A DNA stretch of 64,000 nucleotides from Amphiscolops sp. MND2022. Taxonomy: Eukaryota. Position numbers and translations under genes: made by a program. This document shows positions 62,616 through 64,000 of this stretch, piece by piece. The stretch covers positions 85,810,001 to 85,874,000 of the forward strand of contig OZ076409.1 of assembly GCA_964187785.1 (NCBI GenBank), in the 5' to 3' direction. Every line of letters begins with the position of its first letter. Positions within the stretch are counted from its first letter, which is position 1. A model generated the notes under the pieces. It saw only the letters and a program-made list of their open reading frames with translations. It did no database searches and had not been told where the DNA came from.

Positions 62616-64000
62616 ATGACAGAAATTGAAATGCAAAAGAAAAGTCGTGCTTCTCACAAAGCGGTCGCCACAAAATACTGGACAGAAGCAGAATCATTGA
62701 TTCTGCCGACACGTTCGGTTTCCCTTGAGGATGCCCTAATTCGCTTAGATCAACTTCATAAAAACCTCGCCAGGAAACAAAACTTTCTCAGCGATCTCAA
62801 CTCCAAATTCCAAGCTAAGTTCGACGATGAAGCAACGCTCGAAGACGACATCTTACAGTCGGAAGAATATGATGACAAGTTGGTTCAACAACTCGATCAA
62901 ATAGATCGCTTCATCAAAACCAACACTTCATCCGCATCAACCTCAACATCATTGTCTCTACCGTCATCCACAAGAAGCACCCCATCTTCAACAACAACAA
63001 CAAAGCTACCCAAACTGGACCTGCCGACATTCTCTGGAGACTACCTCACCTGGACATCGTTTTTTGACCTCTTCAAAGGAGCAGTTCACAACAACCCGAC
63101 ACTTCTCGACAGCCAAAAACTAAAATATCTCAAAGCGTCTCTGAAGGGCGACGCAGCAAAACTTTTATCATCGGTAACAATCACTGATGCTAACTACACA
63201 GTCGCTCTAAAGATGTTACGAGACCGCTACCAAAACAACCGCATGATATTGCGCGCTCATGTGAACGCAATTGCCGTCCAGAATCCACTCACTCAGGAAA
63301 CAGCCAAAGACCTTCGACAACTTCTGGAAACAGTAGAAGAACACCGCCTAGCCCTGGAAAATATGGGACAACCAGTCAATCAACAAGACGTTTTTATGGT
63401 ATATCTCATAACAGAGAAACTGCCAGCAGAAACACGAAAATTCTGGGAACTTTCAACTCCTGGAACAGAACCTCAGACCTACGACGACTTCAAGAAATTC
63501 CTTGACGCCAGATGCCAGGCATTGGAAGCAGCTACTCTCTCATCACCGCCAACTTCAACTCCAACACAAGCCCGCTTTACAACTCGTCAGAACAGTCAGC
63601 CTTCACAATCATCTCAACGCAGCTACAACGTCAACGTCGCAACATCCGAAGTCCAATGCGAGTGTTACAATGGCTTTCACAAGCTACATCTCTGCCCAAA
63701 GTTCAAAGCTCTCACTGTCCCTAACAGAGCGGAATTTGTCAAGTTGAAAAAACTCTGCTTCAATTGCTTGAAAGCAGGTCATCGACAACAAGACTACAGA
63801 GGAACAACCTGTCGTCAATGCAATTTGAAGCATCATACCCTTCTTCATCTGCAATCATCTCGACCAACTAGATCCGTCAACAACACAGTTGAAGACAACA
63901 ACCCGACTCTCGCCGCTGAAGAAACTTCTGTTGCTACAACGCCGTCACCGCAAGAAAATCAAATCATTGCCACCTCAATTTCTCAACAAGGAACCGGAAA
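62616..64000 (+). CDS. gag: BEL/Pao retrotransposon Gag(-Pol) ORF, open to the window end (absent from the ORF track)
   Basis: ATG 62616 MTEIEMQKKSR. KLPKLDLPTFSGDYLTWTSFFDLF...QKLKYLKASLKGDA...NYTVALKMLRDRY is DUF1759-like. BEL-type knuckles H.LHLCPKF, LCFNCLKAGH and C.QC..KHHTLLH. No stop seen. Candidate LTR end/PBS at ~62029 (AATCA-TTTTTGG). Confidence 0.9.
   Translation, partial: MTEIEMQKKSRASHKAVATKYWTEAESLILPTRSVSLEDALIRLDQLHKNLARKQNFLSDLNSKFQAKFDDEATLEDDILQSEEYDDKLVQQLDQIDRFIKTNTSSASTSTSLSLPSSTRSTPSSTTTTKLPKLDLPTFSGDYLTWTSFFDLFKGAVHNNPTLLDSQKLKYLKASLKGDAAKLLSSVTITDANYTVALKMLRDRYQNNRMILRAHVNAIAVQNPLTQETAKDLRQLLETVEEHRLALENMGQPVNQQDVFMVYLITEKLPAETRKFWELSTPGTEPQTYDDFKKFLDARCQALEAATLSSPPTSTPTQARFTTRQNSQPSQSSQRSYNVNVATSEVQCECYNGFHKLHLCPKFKALTVPNRAEFVKLKKLCFNCLKAGHRQQDYRGTTCRQCNLKHHTLLHLQSSRPTRSVNNTVEDNNPTLAAEETSVATTPSPQENQIIATSISQQGTG

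Overview
Repeat-dense eukaryotic (probably invertebrate animal) DNA made almost entirely of nested, mostly decayed retroelements. It holds four Ty3/Gypsy elements: A (1-~14.6 kb, +), B (15.5-21.9 kb, +), C (32.3-36.4 and 53.3-55.6 kb, -) and D (36424-53264, +, with both LTRs, a tRNA-Asn-like PBS, a PPT and an ATGTT TSD). It also holds an RTE-like LINE inserted in D, several 1.5-3.1 kb LTRs including a solo LTR with a CAAAT TSD, and the open 5' end of a BEL/Pao element. Smaller features are two tRNA-like copies, three adjacent near-perfect palindromes, and two in-phase exons of a host gene (fucolectin/FTP-like plus ShKT-like). Three observations stand out. (1) Gypsy A and B each carry, antisense and downstream of pol, a homologous hAT-transposase-like gene, which in A has a clear spliceosomal intron. 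(2) The LINE has two 2A/StopGo-like motifs bracketing an SGNH esterase upstream of PHD-APE-RT. (3) Gypsy D has a TARG1/OARD1-like macrodomain in pol and an env-like remnant. All domain calls are by-eye motif recognition; no database search was run, and coordinates of decayed features are approximate.
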